DNA of 64,000 nucleotides, taken from IMG/VR virus record IMGVR_UViG_3300040801_001687, positions 1 to 64,000 of that record; one strand, 5' to 3'. The DNA is from a virus. Below, in pieces: positions 6,552-16,836 of the stretch; the stretch's first letter is position 1; each line of letters opens with the position of its first letter. Below the pieces are notes generated by a model, which saw nothing but the letters and a program-made list of their open reading frames with translations, made no database searches and had not been told where the DNA came from. Position numbers and translations under genes: made by a program.

Positions 6552-6902
6552 TTATGCTCCATAGTTACTCACCTCTTCCATTAAAAACTGATAATTTACT
6601 TTATCTTTGGGTAATTGGAATATAATATTAACATGGGTGGATAATTCTTTACCTGATTTAGAATGGTTATGGTGAACTTCCCACCTTTTATAATTAGGTA
6701 ATCGTTTAAAGAAAGAAGTAGCGGGGAAATACCTAAATTCATAGGGTTTTAAGAAAATCCTAATAAAGCAATACTTATCTCTATCAGAATTCATACCTAT
6801 ACCCCATTTATAATTATGCTTCCTTAGGAGGTTAATAAACTCCTTATTATTAGCTAAATCATGGCTAATGCTTTCTAAAGTTTTTTCTAGGTTGGGATTC
6901 AT
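6552..6902 (-). CDS. Hypothetical protein
   Basis: 116-aa ORF, stop/start overlap with the upstream gene. Confidence 0.7.
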   Translation of the reverse strand: MNPNLEKTLESISHDLANNKEFINLLRKHNYKWGIGMNSDRDKYCFIRIFLKPYEFRYFPATSFFKRLPNYKRWEVHHNHSKSGKELSTHVNIIFQLPKDKVNYQFLMEEVSNYGA

Positions 6903-7396
6903 TATTCCGAGAATTTTGATATTAGATATCTTTTAAGCTCTATTCTATCCTCCTCTGAAAGGTATTCTTTAGATTTAGCCTTTAAATCTATATGAACAAT
7001 TTTATCTAAAGGTATTTCAGTACTTTCCAATAATTCTCTAGCCTCATCACTACCTTTTTCCTTGAATATTTGTACATACTTATTGGGTTTAATATATTCA
7101 GGAATAAATAAAACATCGGCTATATTACCTGAACTTAGCCTTACATTTTTAAATAGCCAATGAGAGGATAATTTAAAAGTAATATCATTATAGAAGCCCG
7201 ATTCACTGGATTTAGTTAAATCATTTCTTTTGGGTTTAATTATCTTATCGGGTAATATCCCATTAGCATCTTTTAATACTAATACCCAAAATTGGTTTTC
7301 ATTAATGTAATCGGCTTTATATTCCCATTTAGGCCAAAATTTAACGGATACCATTTTGATTATCCATAATTTGATTTTTTGAATAATTTTCTTCAT
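6902..7396 (-). CDS. Hypothetical protein
   Basis: 164-aa ORF. Confidence 0.7.
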   Translation of the reverse strand: MKKIIQKIKLWIIKMVSVKFWPKWEYKADYINENQFWVLVLKDANGILPDKIIKPKRNDLTKSSESGFYNDITFKLSSHWLFKNVRLSSGNIADVLFIPEYIKPNKYVQIFKEKGSDEARELLESTEIPLDKIVHIDLKAKSKEYLSEEDRIELKRYLISKFSE

Positions 7397-7430
7397 AGTT
7401 TTCGAGTTTAAATGAAAATAGTATTAATTA

Positions 7431-7601
7431 TTATTCTGAATACCTACCTCTAATAAAAGATACTAGATTTATACATCCAAGTAATAAACATAATCTCATA
7501 TAAACCCAAAATGGTAAACCCCAAATTGTAAAGAGAAAAGCAAATACCATTATAAAATGTAACCAATATAACCCTCTATTAAACTTTTGTAGGTCATTCA
7601 T
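7431..7601 (-). CDS. Small two-TM membrane protein, 56 aa, not in the ORF track
   Basis: MNDLQKFNRGLYWLHFIMVFAFLFTIWGLPFWVYMRLCLLLGCINLVSFIRGRYSE*. Confidence 0.55.
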   Translation of the reverse strand: MNDLQKFNRGLYWLHFIMVFAFLFTIWGLPFWVYMRLCLLLGCINLVSFIRGRYSE

Positions 7602-7611
7602 ACAATACTTA
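7602..7611 (+). promoter_or_regulatory. Putative phage late promoter motif ACAATACTTA
   Basis: Same 10-mer upstream of genes at 7649, 16905, 22710 and 23167. Confidence 0.6.
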
Positions 7612-7648
7612 TTTATATTTCAAAAATTAAATAGTAACCCTTAAAAAA

Positions 7649-8641
7649 ATGAGTATATTAGCAATATGTGGAGGTAACGGAGTATTAGCTCACCCCTTCA
7701 AGAAACACTTAATAGGGAATATAGAGCCTAGAACTGTATTTCATACTCCTGACCACATCCAATGGAGGCTTAATTTTAATATCCCGTTTGATAAAGACCC
7801 TTTAGTTAGGTTTCCAAAATCAGATGTAAGTATTATAGTGGGAGCACCGGATTGTGGCCACTCTTCCGTATTAGCTTATTCAAGAGCTAAAAAACTATCG
7901 GACCCCAAATTAAACACATCCTTAAGTTTATACCTTGAAAACGTTGACTATTATAGGCCTGAAATCTTTATGATGGAGAACTTACCTAAGCTTTTAGAAT
8001 CCGATAAAACTATTATACCTTTTTTTGAATCACTAGGTTATAGGGTATTTATTTATGAGGAACCCGTATCGGCTTGGGGAAATTCTCAAATAAATAGAAA
8101 AAGGCTTATAATAATTGGTATATCTAAAAACCTTAAAAACAAAAAGAAATATTTTAGGTTACCAAAAGAAAGGTACCTTAAGAGCTCTGGTGAACTTATA
8201 GAAGGTTTGGGTAAAGAAGAGATACCTGAATTATGTCATGTAAGGGAATTAGATGATTGGAGGCTTCCAATGTATTATGGTGATGAGAGAAATATAAGTG
8301 TTAAGCAGGCTAGAAATTTATGGAAGCAGTATGGTACTAGAAAATGGCCAGTACCTAATTCAAAAATGAATAATCAACCAGGGGTATATAGAAACCTAGA
8401 TTCTGATTACCCAATGACTGTAAGAAAACAATCTAGGCAATTCAGAGAGGATGGATACCTTCTTACACCAAGGGAAATGGCTAGAATTCAAGGTGTACCT
8501 GATAATTTTAAATTACACTTTGAAGAAGATAGAAGGCTTTACTTTATTAATAAAGCTAGAGCAACTGTAACAAAATGTCCACCTTATCAAATAGGTGAGT
8601 GGTTTAATAAATGTTTAATTAAAATGAATTATTATGGATAA
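7649..8641 (+). CDS. DNA (cytosine-5) methyltransferase
   Basis: Motif I-like CGGNG, motif IV GAPDC, motif VI MENL, motif VIII QxNRKR, motif IX LTPREMARIQG. Confidence 0.9.
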   Translation: MSILAICGGNGVLAHPFKKHLIGNIEPRTVFHTPDHIQWRLNFNIPFDKDPLVRFPKSDVSIIVGAPDCGHSSVLAYSRAKKLSDPKLNTSLSLYLENVDYYRPEIFMMENLPKLLESDKTIIPFFESLGYRVFIYEEPVSAWGNSQINRKRLIIIGISKNLKNKKKYFRLPKERYLKSSGELIEGLGKEEIPELCHVRELDDWRLPMYYGDERNISVKQARNLWKQYGTRKWPVPNSKMNNQPGVYRNLDSDYPMTVRKQSRQFREDGYLLTPREMARIQGVPDNFKLHFEEDRRLYFINKARATVTKCPPYQIGEWFNKCLIKMNYYG

Positions 8642-9221
8642 GTTAATATGGAAACCCCAAGACAGATGGTTTAAGAAAGACCCACAATTTATTATAGCTC
8701 ACTCTATTTCAGAGTATATAGTAGATGTAAGAGGGGATGTAGGAGAAAAGGGTAAAGTTTATCACTTTATAGAATTTTTACAAATTATAGGTTTAGGCTA
8801 TCACCAGTTTGTAGAAGATGAAGATGGCTCTAAATACAATGGCCAAGATTTAGACAGATTAGCATGGCATGCAGGTGTATCAGAGGTTAGAGGTGTTACT
8901 TCTTTAAATTTCAAAAGCCTTGGAATTTGTTTTGTTGTAAAAGGGGAATATAGTTATGGCCAATTTTTAAAGAAAATCAAATACCCTGATGCTTACAATG
9001 AAGGCCAATACTTATATGGAGCTAATTGGATAGCTAAACAATGTATAAGGTTAGGAATAACTGAAAAAGAGATTTATAGACATTCAGACGTAAGTGGTAA
9101 AGACATTAGACCTAAAGACCCTAAATATGACCCCGGTGATGGTTTTGACTATTACAGATTAAAATCAATGGTAGCCCATAATATTTACCAAATTAATAAC
9201 GGGACTCCCCCTACTAATTAA
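8634..9221 (+). CDS. N-acetylmuramoyl-L-alanine amidase (Amidase_2 endolysin)
   Basis: IIAHS, AWHAG, SLGI and RHSDV...KxDPG zinc-amidase motifs. Confidence 0.85.
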   Translation: MDKLIWKPQDRWFKKDPQFIIAHSISEYIVDVRGDVGEKGKVYHFIEFLQIIGLGYHQFVEDEDGSKYNGQDLDRLAWHAGVSEVRGVTSLNFKSLGICFVVKGEYSYGQFLKKIKYPDAYNEGQYLYGANWIAKQCIRLGITEKEIYRHSDVSGKDIRPKDPKYDPGDGFDYYRLKSMVAHNIYQINNGTPPTN

Positions 9222-9238
9222 TATAGATATACATAAAA

Positions 9239-9305
9239 AGGGGATAGAAATATAATATATCCATCTCCCCCTAAGGGGGGATATATATATATTTCTTTCA
9301 CCCCT
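9239..9305. repeat. Long imperfect inverted repeat
   Basis: GGGGATAGAAATATA...CCCCCTAAGGGGG...TATATTTCT...CCCC. Confidence 0.55.
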
Positions 9306-9349
9306 ATTATATACCATATAGAAAAAAGAAAAAGATAAAAAGAAAAAAG

Positions 9350-10066
9350 ATGAAAACCTGGATTAACCCACAAAACGTATTATTGGCCATATTAATAATT
9401 ATGGTTACAATATTCTGGCTAGATAGAAAAGGCCAAGATGAGATTGCTAAAGAGTATTGGGAAAACCCAAACTTTAAAACCGATTCAATAAAGGTTTACA
9501 TTGATTATGATAAATTACCAAAACCCCAATATACTAATTATGTTCCCCCTGCAGTAAACATAAAATATATTGATCCCACAAAATCCTATAAGACGACGCA
9601 AGTTATAAAAAATGATTCTTTACTATTGATTATTGATTCCATGAGGGATGAGTTCACTAGAATCTCTCTTAGGTATCTCAAAAATAATCCTGAAGCATGG
9701 AAGATACTCTATGGAGAATTTAACTCAGATACAGTATCATTTGACATGGTAAACCTTGAGGGAAACACTATTACCGATAAGTATGCAGTTAACTTCAATA
9801 GGTTTAAATATCAATTAGTATACAATGAGGGAAGGCCAATTTTTAAAGCATCTTCACCTATTCAATCAGATTTTAATAACAAAGACCCATTATCACATGA
9901 ATTTTATGTAGCACCAGGGTATATGCTTTTAAGAAAAAGCCCTTCAGTAGGTCTTGATTATAACGCAAAGTGGAGGAATTTAAGATTTAGAGCTGATGGT
10001 ACTATTTCAATCGAAACAAATCCACAGTTATTCTTTAAAGTAGACGCAGGTTATAAAATATGGTAA
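9350..10066 (+). CDS. Membrane protein next to the endolysin; candidate spanin-like lysis protein
   Basis: N-terminal TM helix; C-terminal amphipathic beta strands ending in GYKIW. Confidence 0.5.
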   Translation: MKTWINPQNVLLAILIIMVTIFWLDRKGQDEIAKEYWENPNFKTDSIKVYIDYDKLPKPQYTNYVPPAVNIKYIDPTKSYKTTQVIKNDSLLLIIDSMRDEFTRISLRYLKNNPEAWKILYGEFNSDTVSFDMVNLEGNTITDKYAVNFNRFKYQLVYNEGRPIFKASSPIQSDFNNKDPLSHEFYVAPGYMLLRKSPSVGLDYNAKWRNLRFRADGTISIETNPQLFFKVDAGYKIW

Positions 10067-11637
10067 CAGGGGAAACTAATATATCAGATTCGAGAAAAGA
10101 AGCTAATAAGTTAATAAATGCCCCTTTAACGTCAGAACAATTTGACATACTGACTAAAGTTGCTTATGACCCTTTCTTCTTTTCAACCTTTATATATGTT
10201 ATTAATGCAGTACAAGGAAAAGTAAGGTTTGATTTATACCCTTATCAAAAATCAGTACTTTGGAGCTTTATACATAGGAGGTTTAATATAATCCTTAAAT
10301 TTCGTCAAGCTGGGATTACAGAGCTTATATCATTATTTTGTCTATGGTATGCAATGTTTCACCCGAATAAAAACATAAACATTATTTCCATTAAGGATAC
10401 CGTTGCTAAGAAGGTATTAAGGAAAATCAAGTTTATGTATAGAAACCTACCAGAATTTTTAAAGGTTCAAATAATTAATGGTAGAACTAAAGATTTAGGA
10501 ACTGCAAGCGAGATGGAATTTGCTAATGGTTCAATCATTACATCCATACCAACCACCGAGGAGGCTGGACGTTCTGAATCTTTATCTCTACTTGTAATTG
10601 ATGAAGCTGCTATAATTAGATGGGCAGACCAGATTTGGGCAGCAGCTTTCCCAACATTATCAACTGGTGGACGGGCTATACTTAACTCTACCCCGTACGG
10701 TATAGGTAACTTCTTTCACAAAAAATGGGTGGAAGCTTGTTCAGGGGGAAATGAATTTACACCCATTAGGCTTAAATGGAGAATGCACCCTGACAGAGAT
10801 ATTGAATGGTATAAGCAAATGTCTACTGCTTTGGGACCAAGAAGAACAGCTCAGGAAATTGATGGTGATTTCTTAACTTCGGGTGCATCAGTATTTGATT
10901 TAATGGATATAAGGGCAATAGAGGAGAACTTAGACCAATATATACCATTAAACCTTAGAAAAGACCCACTATTTTCTAAATTATTTAAAGGAGATATTAG
11001 GCAATTAAGTGATTTTTTACAGATATTTGATAAACCCAAAAAGAACAAGAAATACACAATTGGTTCAGATATTGCAACAGGACGTTCACGAGATTATTCC
11101 GCTTTTACAATAATGGACCAAGAAGGTGAAGAGGCCGGTTCTTTTAAAATGAAGCTTCCAGTTAATGAGCTATCATTATTACTTGCAAGGTTGGGTAATA
11201 TTTATAATAGAGCGACACTAGCACCAGAATCTAATGATATAGGTTTAGCCGTTTCTTCCAAATTACAAGAGGATGGTTACTCTAATCTTCATTACTCTGT
11301 TAAGTTAATAAAGCAGAAAAGAGAGAAAAGACCTAAAGAAGAAAAAATTCCAGGTTGGTATACTACTTCTAAAAATAGACCCATAATTATAAATGAGTTA
11401 GAGGAAGATATTAGATTAGGTAATATAAATATTAAAGATGAAGCTTTTGTACAAGAGGCTTATACTTTTATATATGATGATAAAAATAAACCCATAGCAA
11501 TGGGGAAAGGGAGCGGAAGTTCTGACTCCTTAGCGGATGATGATGATGCTTATGTAGATGATGCCATATTAGGTAAAGCTATCACAAATCACGTAAGAAA
11601 GATAAAACAAAGAGGATTAATAGTTCTACCACAATGA
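10060..11637 (+). CDS. terL: Terminase large subunit
   Basis: Adenine-binding LYPYQ, Walker A-like KFRQAGIT, Walker B LVIDEAA, STPYG, RNase H-fold SDIATG...DYS. Confidence 0.95.
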   Translation: MVTGETNISDSRKEANKLINAPLTSEQFDILTKVAYDPFFFSTFIYVINAVQGKVRFDLYPYQKSVLWSFIHRRFNIILKFRQAGITELISLFCLWYAMFHPNKNINIISIKDTVAKKVLRKIKFMYRNLPEFLKVQIINGRTKDLGTASEMEFANGSIITSIPTTEEAGRSESLSLLVIDEAAIIRWADQIWAAAFPTLSTGGRAILNSTPYGIGNFFHKKWVEACSGGNEFTPIRLKWRMHPDRDIEWYKQMSTALGPRRTAQEIDGDFLTSGASVFDLMDIRAIEENLDQYIPLNLRKDPLFSKLFKGDIRQLSDFLQIFDKPKKNKKYTIGSDIATGRSRDYSAFTIMDQEGEEAGSFKMKLPVNELSLLLARLGNIYNRATLAPESNDIGLAVSSKLQEDGYSNLHYSVKLIKQKREKRPKEEKIPGWYTTSKNRPIIINELEEDIRLGNINIKDEAFVQEAYTFIYDDKNKPIAMGKGSGSSDSLADDDDAYVDDAILGKAITNHVRKIKQRGLIVLPQ

Positions 11638-13175
11638 AGTTATTATATACAGATTACGAAAAAGACCAGAAAGAAAAAGAAGCCCTTATTAAAGAGGTTA
11701 GAGAACTTAAGTCTAAAATCGTTGAAGTTGAGAAAAAGAAAGTAGTTGTTAATACTACTCCATCTGTTTCAAGAGATAATGGTAAGGATTTTCTAAAAAA
11801 CCTTGAGGCTTCTCTTAAAGTTGTTACACCTGAATTTGATTTTGGAGTAATTCCAGTTATTAGAAAGCTTTCAAAAATTAACCCTGATGTTAACCAAGCT
11901 TTAAATGACTTTATTAAGTTAGCTAATACAGGCCATAAAATTAAATTCGATGATTCAGTATCAGGTGAGAAAATGGAGGAGGTAAGAAATTACCTTACCG
12001 AAGAAGCTAAAAATTGGCATACTGGAGCAGCTGGGATGAATGGTATAGTTAATAAGATGTTTAGGCAGATGCAAGTAGGGGGAGCTTTATCGAATGAGTG
12101 GATTCCTAATATGAGCCTTGATGGTATAGAAGAGATTAGGTTTTTAAATCCTGAAAATGTTCGATTTATTGTTGAAAAGAAAAGGTCTAAATACCACCCC
12201 TATCAACAATTACACCATACTCCTTTAAATAATAAACAAGGATTTCAAAACCTAAGAAGATTAAACACTAACCAATATAAGTACTATGCTTTAAATGGTG
12301 ATACAGATTTACCTTATGGTATCCCCCCTTATATTGCTGCATTAGAGCCCATATCTACTCAACGTAAAATGGTAGATAATATAAACTTTATTATTGAAAT
12401 GATGGGTATATTGGGTTACATAGATGCTAAAATTGATAAACCAGACCAACAAGCAGATGAAAATGATGAAGCTTACGAAAAGAGGTTAAATAAATTATTA
12501 ACCGATTTTAAAGATAGAGTTAAAGAGGGAGTAAGAGATGGTATTAGTGTTGGATTTATGGACGACCATGAATTTGATTTTAAACAAACTGCTAAAGATG
12601 CTAGGGGAGTTAAAGATTTATTTGACCAAAACGAGTTATTAATTGCAGGGGGATTAAATTATGATGCTATATTTATGGGTAAACCCGGTTCTACTGAAAC
12701 CCTGGTTACTGTAATGTTTACTAAAATGATTTCCTCATTAACTAACATCCAAAATATAGTTAAGGAGAATTTAGAGTTTGGTTATAAGTTAGCATTAACC
12801 TTAAAGGGTTTTAAATTTAAATCTTTACATGTAGAGTTTAACAAATCCACAGTTACCGATAATCTTAAATATCAACAAGCTAAAGAGATTCTAACTAGAA
12901 ACCTAGAAACTCATTTCAAATACGGTTTAATATCATTACAACAATTTGCGGATGAGTTAGGTTATGAATCACCTGACCAGAAAGAACCTAGAATATCTTT
13001 AGAAGGTGCACCTGATGCAATGGGTGATGCTAAAAAGAAAGAGGATAGAGAAAAGGATAAGGATAAGTCAGATAGAAAAAGCCGAGATAAATCAAACCCC
13101 CAAGGCACTGTCAAAAGACAGAATAAACAAGACTTTAGTATAATTGATAAGAACACAATAGCTTTAGACAATTAA
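11634..13175 (+). CDS. Portal protein
   Basis: Lies after TerL, 513 aa, PYGIPP motif, charged C-terminal tail. Confidence 0.85.
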   Translation: MKLLYTDYEKDQKEKEALIKEVRELKSKIVEVEKKKVVVNTTPSVSRDNGKDFLKNLEASLKVVTPEFDFGVIPVIRKLSKINPDVNQALNDFIKLANTGHKIKFDDSVSGEKMEEVRNYLTEEAKNWHTGAAGMNGIVNKMFRQMQVGGALSNEWIPNMSLDGIEEIRFLNPENVRFIVEKKRSKYHPYQQLHHTPLNNKQGFQNLRRLNTNQYKYYALNGDTDLPYGIPPYIAALEPISTQRKMVDNINFIIEMMGILGYIDAKIDKPDQQADENDEAYEKRLNKLLTDFKDRVKEGVRDGISVGFMDDHEFDFKQTAKDARGVKDLFDQNELLIAGGLNYDAIFMGKPGSTETLVTVMFTKMISSLTNIQNIVKENLEFGYKLALTLKGFKFKSLHVEFNKSTVTDNLKYQQAKEILTRNLETHFKYGLISLQQFADELGYESPDQKEPRISLEGAPDAMGDAKKKEDREKDKDKSDRKSRDKSNPQGTVKRQNKQDFSIIDKNTIALDN

Positions 13176-13186
13176 AATAAATAAAT

Positions 13187-14743
13187 ATGCCAGTATCAAA
13201 AGAAACATTTTCATTGGGCCATTCTCTTATTTCAAATAAGATGCCTAAAGGAGTTGCTTTGGATAAACTAGATGAAATAGAAAAGGAGATTAATAGGGAA
13301 ATGGATTTGGAATCCCTAGGCCTATTTAATACTTCCTCACCTGATTTCAATAAGTTTTATCCAAACTTAAGCCCCGAAGATTTAGTACCACAAGATAAGG
13401 ATTTTGCTTACCCCTTATTTAGAGCTTTATCAAAAGTAATTGTAAATAAGTACGGGCCAATTGATTTTTCTAAACCTGGAGTATTAGAGGCTTCAACTAA
13501 AAAATTATCAGGCCAATCTGTTTACACCAACCATGAGGTTATTACTGGGAATGAGGTTGGTTCTATTTCAGAAGTATTTTTTGAACAAGAGAAAAAGATA
13601 AACGGAGTAACTATACCTGCAGGTATTAATGTAAGATTAAAACTTGATGGAAAGGCTAACCCCAAATTAGTAAGGGGTATTATGATGGACCCCCCTTCAG
13701 TACACTCAGTTTCAGTAACTGTAATGTTTGTTTGGGAAAAGTCACATGATATGACTGATGAAGAATTCTACACAAGATTAGGAACTTATAGTGATAAAGG
13801 GGAGTTAGTAAGACGTGTAGTGAAAGAAGTATTCTCCTATGATGAGATTTCACTTGTTCCTCATGGGGCTGACCCATTCGCTCAAAAAATCAATGAAAAG
13901 ACTGGAAATATAACTAATCCTGAATATGCTGATAATAGGTATAGTTTTAGTGAGGAAGATTTTAAAGAGATGGCTCACCACTTTGATTGGAAATGTGGTA
14001 ATGTTGAAGAGTTATCACTTTCAGTAAATAAGACAATACCCAATGATAATAATAAAGAAAGTTTTAACAATAAATTAACAACTATGAATGAAGAGTATTT
14101 GAAATTTTTAAGAAATCAACTTAAGCTTTCTGATGATACTCCTGAAGCCCAAGTAATGGAAAAGCTTAAAGCAGGGTTACCTGACCTTTTGGCTTCTTCT
14201 GATAAAGTAGGGACTTTAGAGAGCGAACTCACAGAAGCCAAAGATGATTTAAAGAAACTCCAAGAAAAATACCCCGAAGGTACTATAGTCTTAGGAGAGA
14301 CGGAAAAGGAACAGTTAAATGAATACAAAACTGTTAAACCCATAGCTGATGCAGCTTTAGAGGCTACTAGAAGTGAAGCTTTAAAACTTTACCACTTATC
14401 ATGTGGTGGAGCAGACAAAGCAGACACTGCAATGACTGAACTTATTGCTAAAGCAAATTTTGAAACTATCACTGCTTTACAAAAGCAATATAGAAATCAG
14501 GTAGAAAAAGAATTCACTGCTACTTGTAAAGATTGTAACTCTACTAATATTAGTAGAATGTCAACTGCAGATAGAGAGACTGGGATTGCTAACCCTAATG
14601 ATGATGGAAACTCTAATGGGGGTGATAAGGATAAATCCAAAGAAACATTTACTGAAAAATCATTAGGTGAGGCTATGGATGATATTATGAAAAAGAAATC
14701 CAAAGGTATTTCTGCTCATATAAGCGAAGAGGATAATAAATAA
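13187..14743 (+). CDS. Prohead protease-scaffold fusion
   Basis: NH...EVG, SVSV and EISLVPHGADP protease motifs; coiled-coil C-terminal half. Confidence 0.85.
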   Translation: MPVSKETFSLGHSLISNKMPKGVALDKLDEIEKEINREMDLESLGLFNTSSPDFNKFYPNLSPEDLVPQDKDFAYPLFRALSKVIVNKYGPIDFSKPGVLEASTKKLSGQSVYTNHEVITGNEVGSISEVFFEQEKKINGVTIPAGINVRLKLDGKANPKLVRGIMMDPPSVHSVSVTVMFVWEKSHDMTDEEFYTRLGTYSDKGELVRRVVKEVFSYDEISLVPHGADPFAQKINEKTGNITNPEYADNRYSFSEEDFKEMAHHFDWKCGNVEELSLSVNKTIPNDNNKESFNNKLTTMNEEYLKFLRNQLKLSDDTPEAQVMEKLKAGLPDLLASSDKVGTLESELTEAKDDLKKLQEKYPEGTIVLGETEKEQLNEYKTVKPIADAALEATRSEALKLYHLSCGGADKADTAMTELIAKANFETITALQKQYRNQVEKEFTATCKDCNSTNISRMSTADRETGIANPNDDGNSNGGDKDKSKETFTEKSLGEAMDDIMKKKSKGISAHISEEDNK

Positions 14744-14769
14744 ATAAATAACTTTAAATTAAATAGATT

Positions 14770-15216
14770 ATGCCAAGTACTATAGGAGAAAAGACTCCAA
14801 ACGCTATATTTCTCAATGACCCTGAAGCTCACAAGCTTCATTTGGAATTTGAGGTAGCCACAGGACAATCCGTTCAATTTGGTGGACCAGTAGTATTGAA
14901 TACTAATGGTACCATTCAAAATGCACCTGCTGGAGTTGCAAGAAACTTAAATTTAGGTTATGCAATTCAAAGTGGAGCTGCTGGAGAAAGAGTTACAGTT
15001 GCCGTAAGAGGTTATGCTGTTGTAAGGGGGATTGCTGCTGCTGATGGCCAAACTGCTGGGTCAGTAGAGGCTGGAGCTGTAAGTACAGACCCTGCTAGAA
15101 GAACATATGCAGCTGTTACAGGAGCAAGCCCTGAAGCACAGAATACCAGAGCTGTTGGATTTCAATTAACAGCTACCGCAGACACTGGTGATGAAATTGA
15201 TGTTTGCGTATTGTAA
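14770..15216 (+). CDS. Head decoration/cement protein
   Basis: Ala/Gly-rich 148 aa between scaffold and major capsid protein. Confidence 0.7.
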   Translation: MPSTIGEKTPNAIFLNDPEAHKLHLEFEVATGQSVQFGGPVVLNTNGTIQNAPAGVARNLNLGYAIQSGAAGERVTVAVRGYAVVRGIAAADGQTAGSVEAGAVSTDPARRTYAAVTGASPEAQNTRAVGFQLTATADTGDEIDVCVL

Positions 15217-15244
15217 GTTTTGAACTTTTAATAATAAATTATAT

Positions 15245-16345
15245 ATGAATTTAGCACAAGCAAAGAAATCAAAATACGCAAAGGACTTAAAAGAATCTGT
15301 CCTTTCTTGCGAATCCATGAGAAAGAACAAAGATAACCCGGTAGACGTATCTATTGGTGAATTTGTTAACTCTCGATGGGGAATCAGTATGGAGGGGTTA
15401 TATGAGGACCTAGGACTTAATGCTGGTATTGATACAATCCAAAACATCTTCACATTGCCGGATGAGAGTAATAGATGGTTAATACCTGAAATTATTAGAG
15501 ATGCTTTGAGATTGGGTTTAAGAAAGTCACCTATTTGGGCTGATATAATTGCTGCGGAGCAAACAATTGCAAACCCTTCAGTAATTATGCCACACCTTAA
15601 TATGTCGGATGCTGCTCCAAGATATGTAGGTGAAGGTGAGACTATTTCTAAAGGAGCTATCAGCTTCGGGGAGAAAACCTTGAAAATCCGTAAAATGGGT
15701 AGAGGTATTAGAATTCCTTATGAAGTAGCTCAATATGTTACAATCAATGTAATGTCAATCTTTTTACAAGATTTTGGGGTTAAGTTAAACCATGGTATTG
15801 ATGCATTAATGATTGATGTATTAATTAATGGTGAGCAAGCTGACGGTTCTGAATCTGCACCGATTGTTGGAGTAGGAACTAGTGGAACTTTTGGTTACCG
15901 TGATTTATTAAAAGTTTGGATTAGAATGGCTAGAATTGGTAGAACTCCTTTCGGTATTATCGGGGGTGAGGAAGCTGCTATTGATACTTTATTCTTGGAT
16001 GAGTTTAAAAAGAGAGAGTCTGGAACAGTTGAGAAACAATTAAACTTGAGAACTCCAGTTCCCCAATCATCTGCTTATTACATCCACGGAAGTATGCCAG
16101 ACGACCAACAAATGGTAATAGATAGAACTTCTGCTATTATCAAATACAATGCTCAACCTCTATTAGTAGAATCTGATAAGATTGTATCGAATCAAACTTT
16201 AGAAACTTATGCTTCTTTAACTACTGGTTTTGGTATTTTATATAGAGATGCTCGAGTTATCATTGACTCTTCATTAGAGTTTGCTTCAAATGGATTCCCT
16301 GCCTATATGGATGTTGACCCATTAGAGCAAATTGAAATTAGCTAA
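15245..16345 (+). CDS. Major capsid protein (HK97 fold)
   Basis: Position and size; LIPEI, VGEGETI and KMGRGIRIPYE patterns. Confidence 0.9.
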   Translation: MNLAQAKKSKYAKDLKESVLSCESMRKNKDNPVDVSIGEFVNSRWGISMEGLYEDLGLNAGIDTIQNIFTLPDESNRWLIPEIIRDALRLGLRKSPIWADIIAAEQTIANPSVIMPHLNMSDAAPRYVGEGETISKGAISFGEKTLKIRKMGRGIRIPYEVAQYVTINVMSIFLQDFGVKLNHGIDALMIDVLINGEQADGSESAPIVGVGTSGTFGYRDLLKVWIRMARIGRTPFGIIGGEEAAIDTLFLDEFKKRESGTVEKQLNLRTPVPQSSAYYIHGSMPDDQQMVIDRTSAIIKYNAQPLLVESDKIVSNQTLETYASLTTGFGILYRDARVIIDSSLEFASNGFPAYMDVDPLEQIEIS

Positions 16346-16374
16346 ATAAATCTTAAATTATAAAATATAAAACC

Positions 16375-16809
16375 ATGGGAAAGAAAGGTAAAAAAAGATA
16401 CTTTGTATTGGGAAAGAAAGCTTCGGTATTCTTTGACCCGGTTACAAGATTAAAAGTAACCTCCACAGATACTTCAAAACCGGATGAGACTGATGCTCCT
16501 CTATCTAAGAGGGTTAAGATGGCATTAGAGGCGGGACATATCAAGAGTTTAGACGGTCCTACCGATGCTCCTGAAACCGATACTTCGGAAGATAAAGATG
16601 ATACTCCTAAAGAGTTAACAGTGGAGGCTTTGAAATCAGTTAAAGCTAAGGATTTAGCAAAGGCTCATTCAGGTGAAGAGTTCATGACTTTCTATAAAGA
16701 AAATTATGAGGTTTCAGAAGAGGATGAGAAGGCTTTTGAAAAAATGAACAAAACCGCAAAAGCTAAATTCTTACAAGATGCTGAAGAAGAAGGCGAAGAT
16801 GATGAGTAA
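16375..16809 (+). CDS. Hypothetical protein following the capsid gene
   Basis: 144 aa, acidic C-terminus. Confidence 0.75.
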   Translation: MGKKGKKRYFVLGKKASVFFDPVTRLKVTSTDTSKPDETDAPLSKRVKMALEAGHIKSLDGPTDAPETDTSEDKDDTPKELTVEALKSVKAKDLAKAHSGEEFMTFYKENYEVSEEDEKAFEKMNKTAKAKFLQDAEEEGEDDE

Positions 16810-16836
16810 TATTTCATAATTAGATATATAATTTAG

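Noticed and set aside
7840-7870. MTase catalytic motif PDC instead of PPC as a sign of inactivity or novelty
   Set aside because: The catalytic Cys and motifs VI, VIII and IX are intact, and PDC variants occur in other phage C5-MTases.
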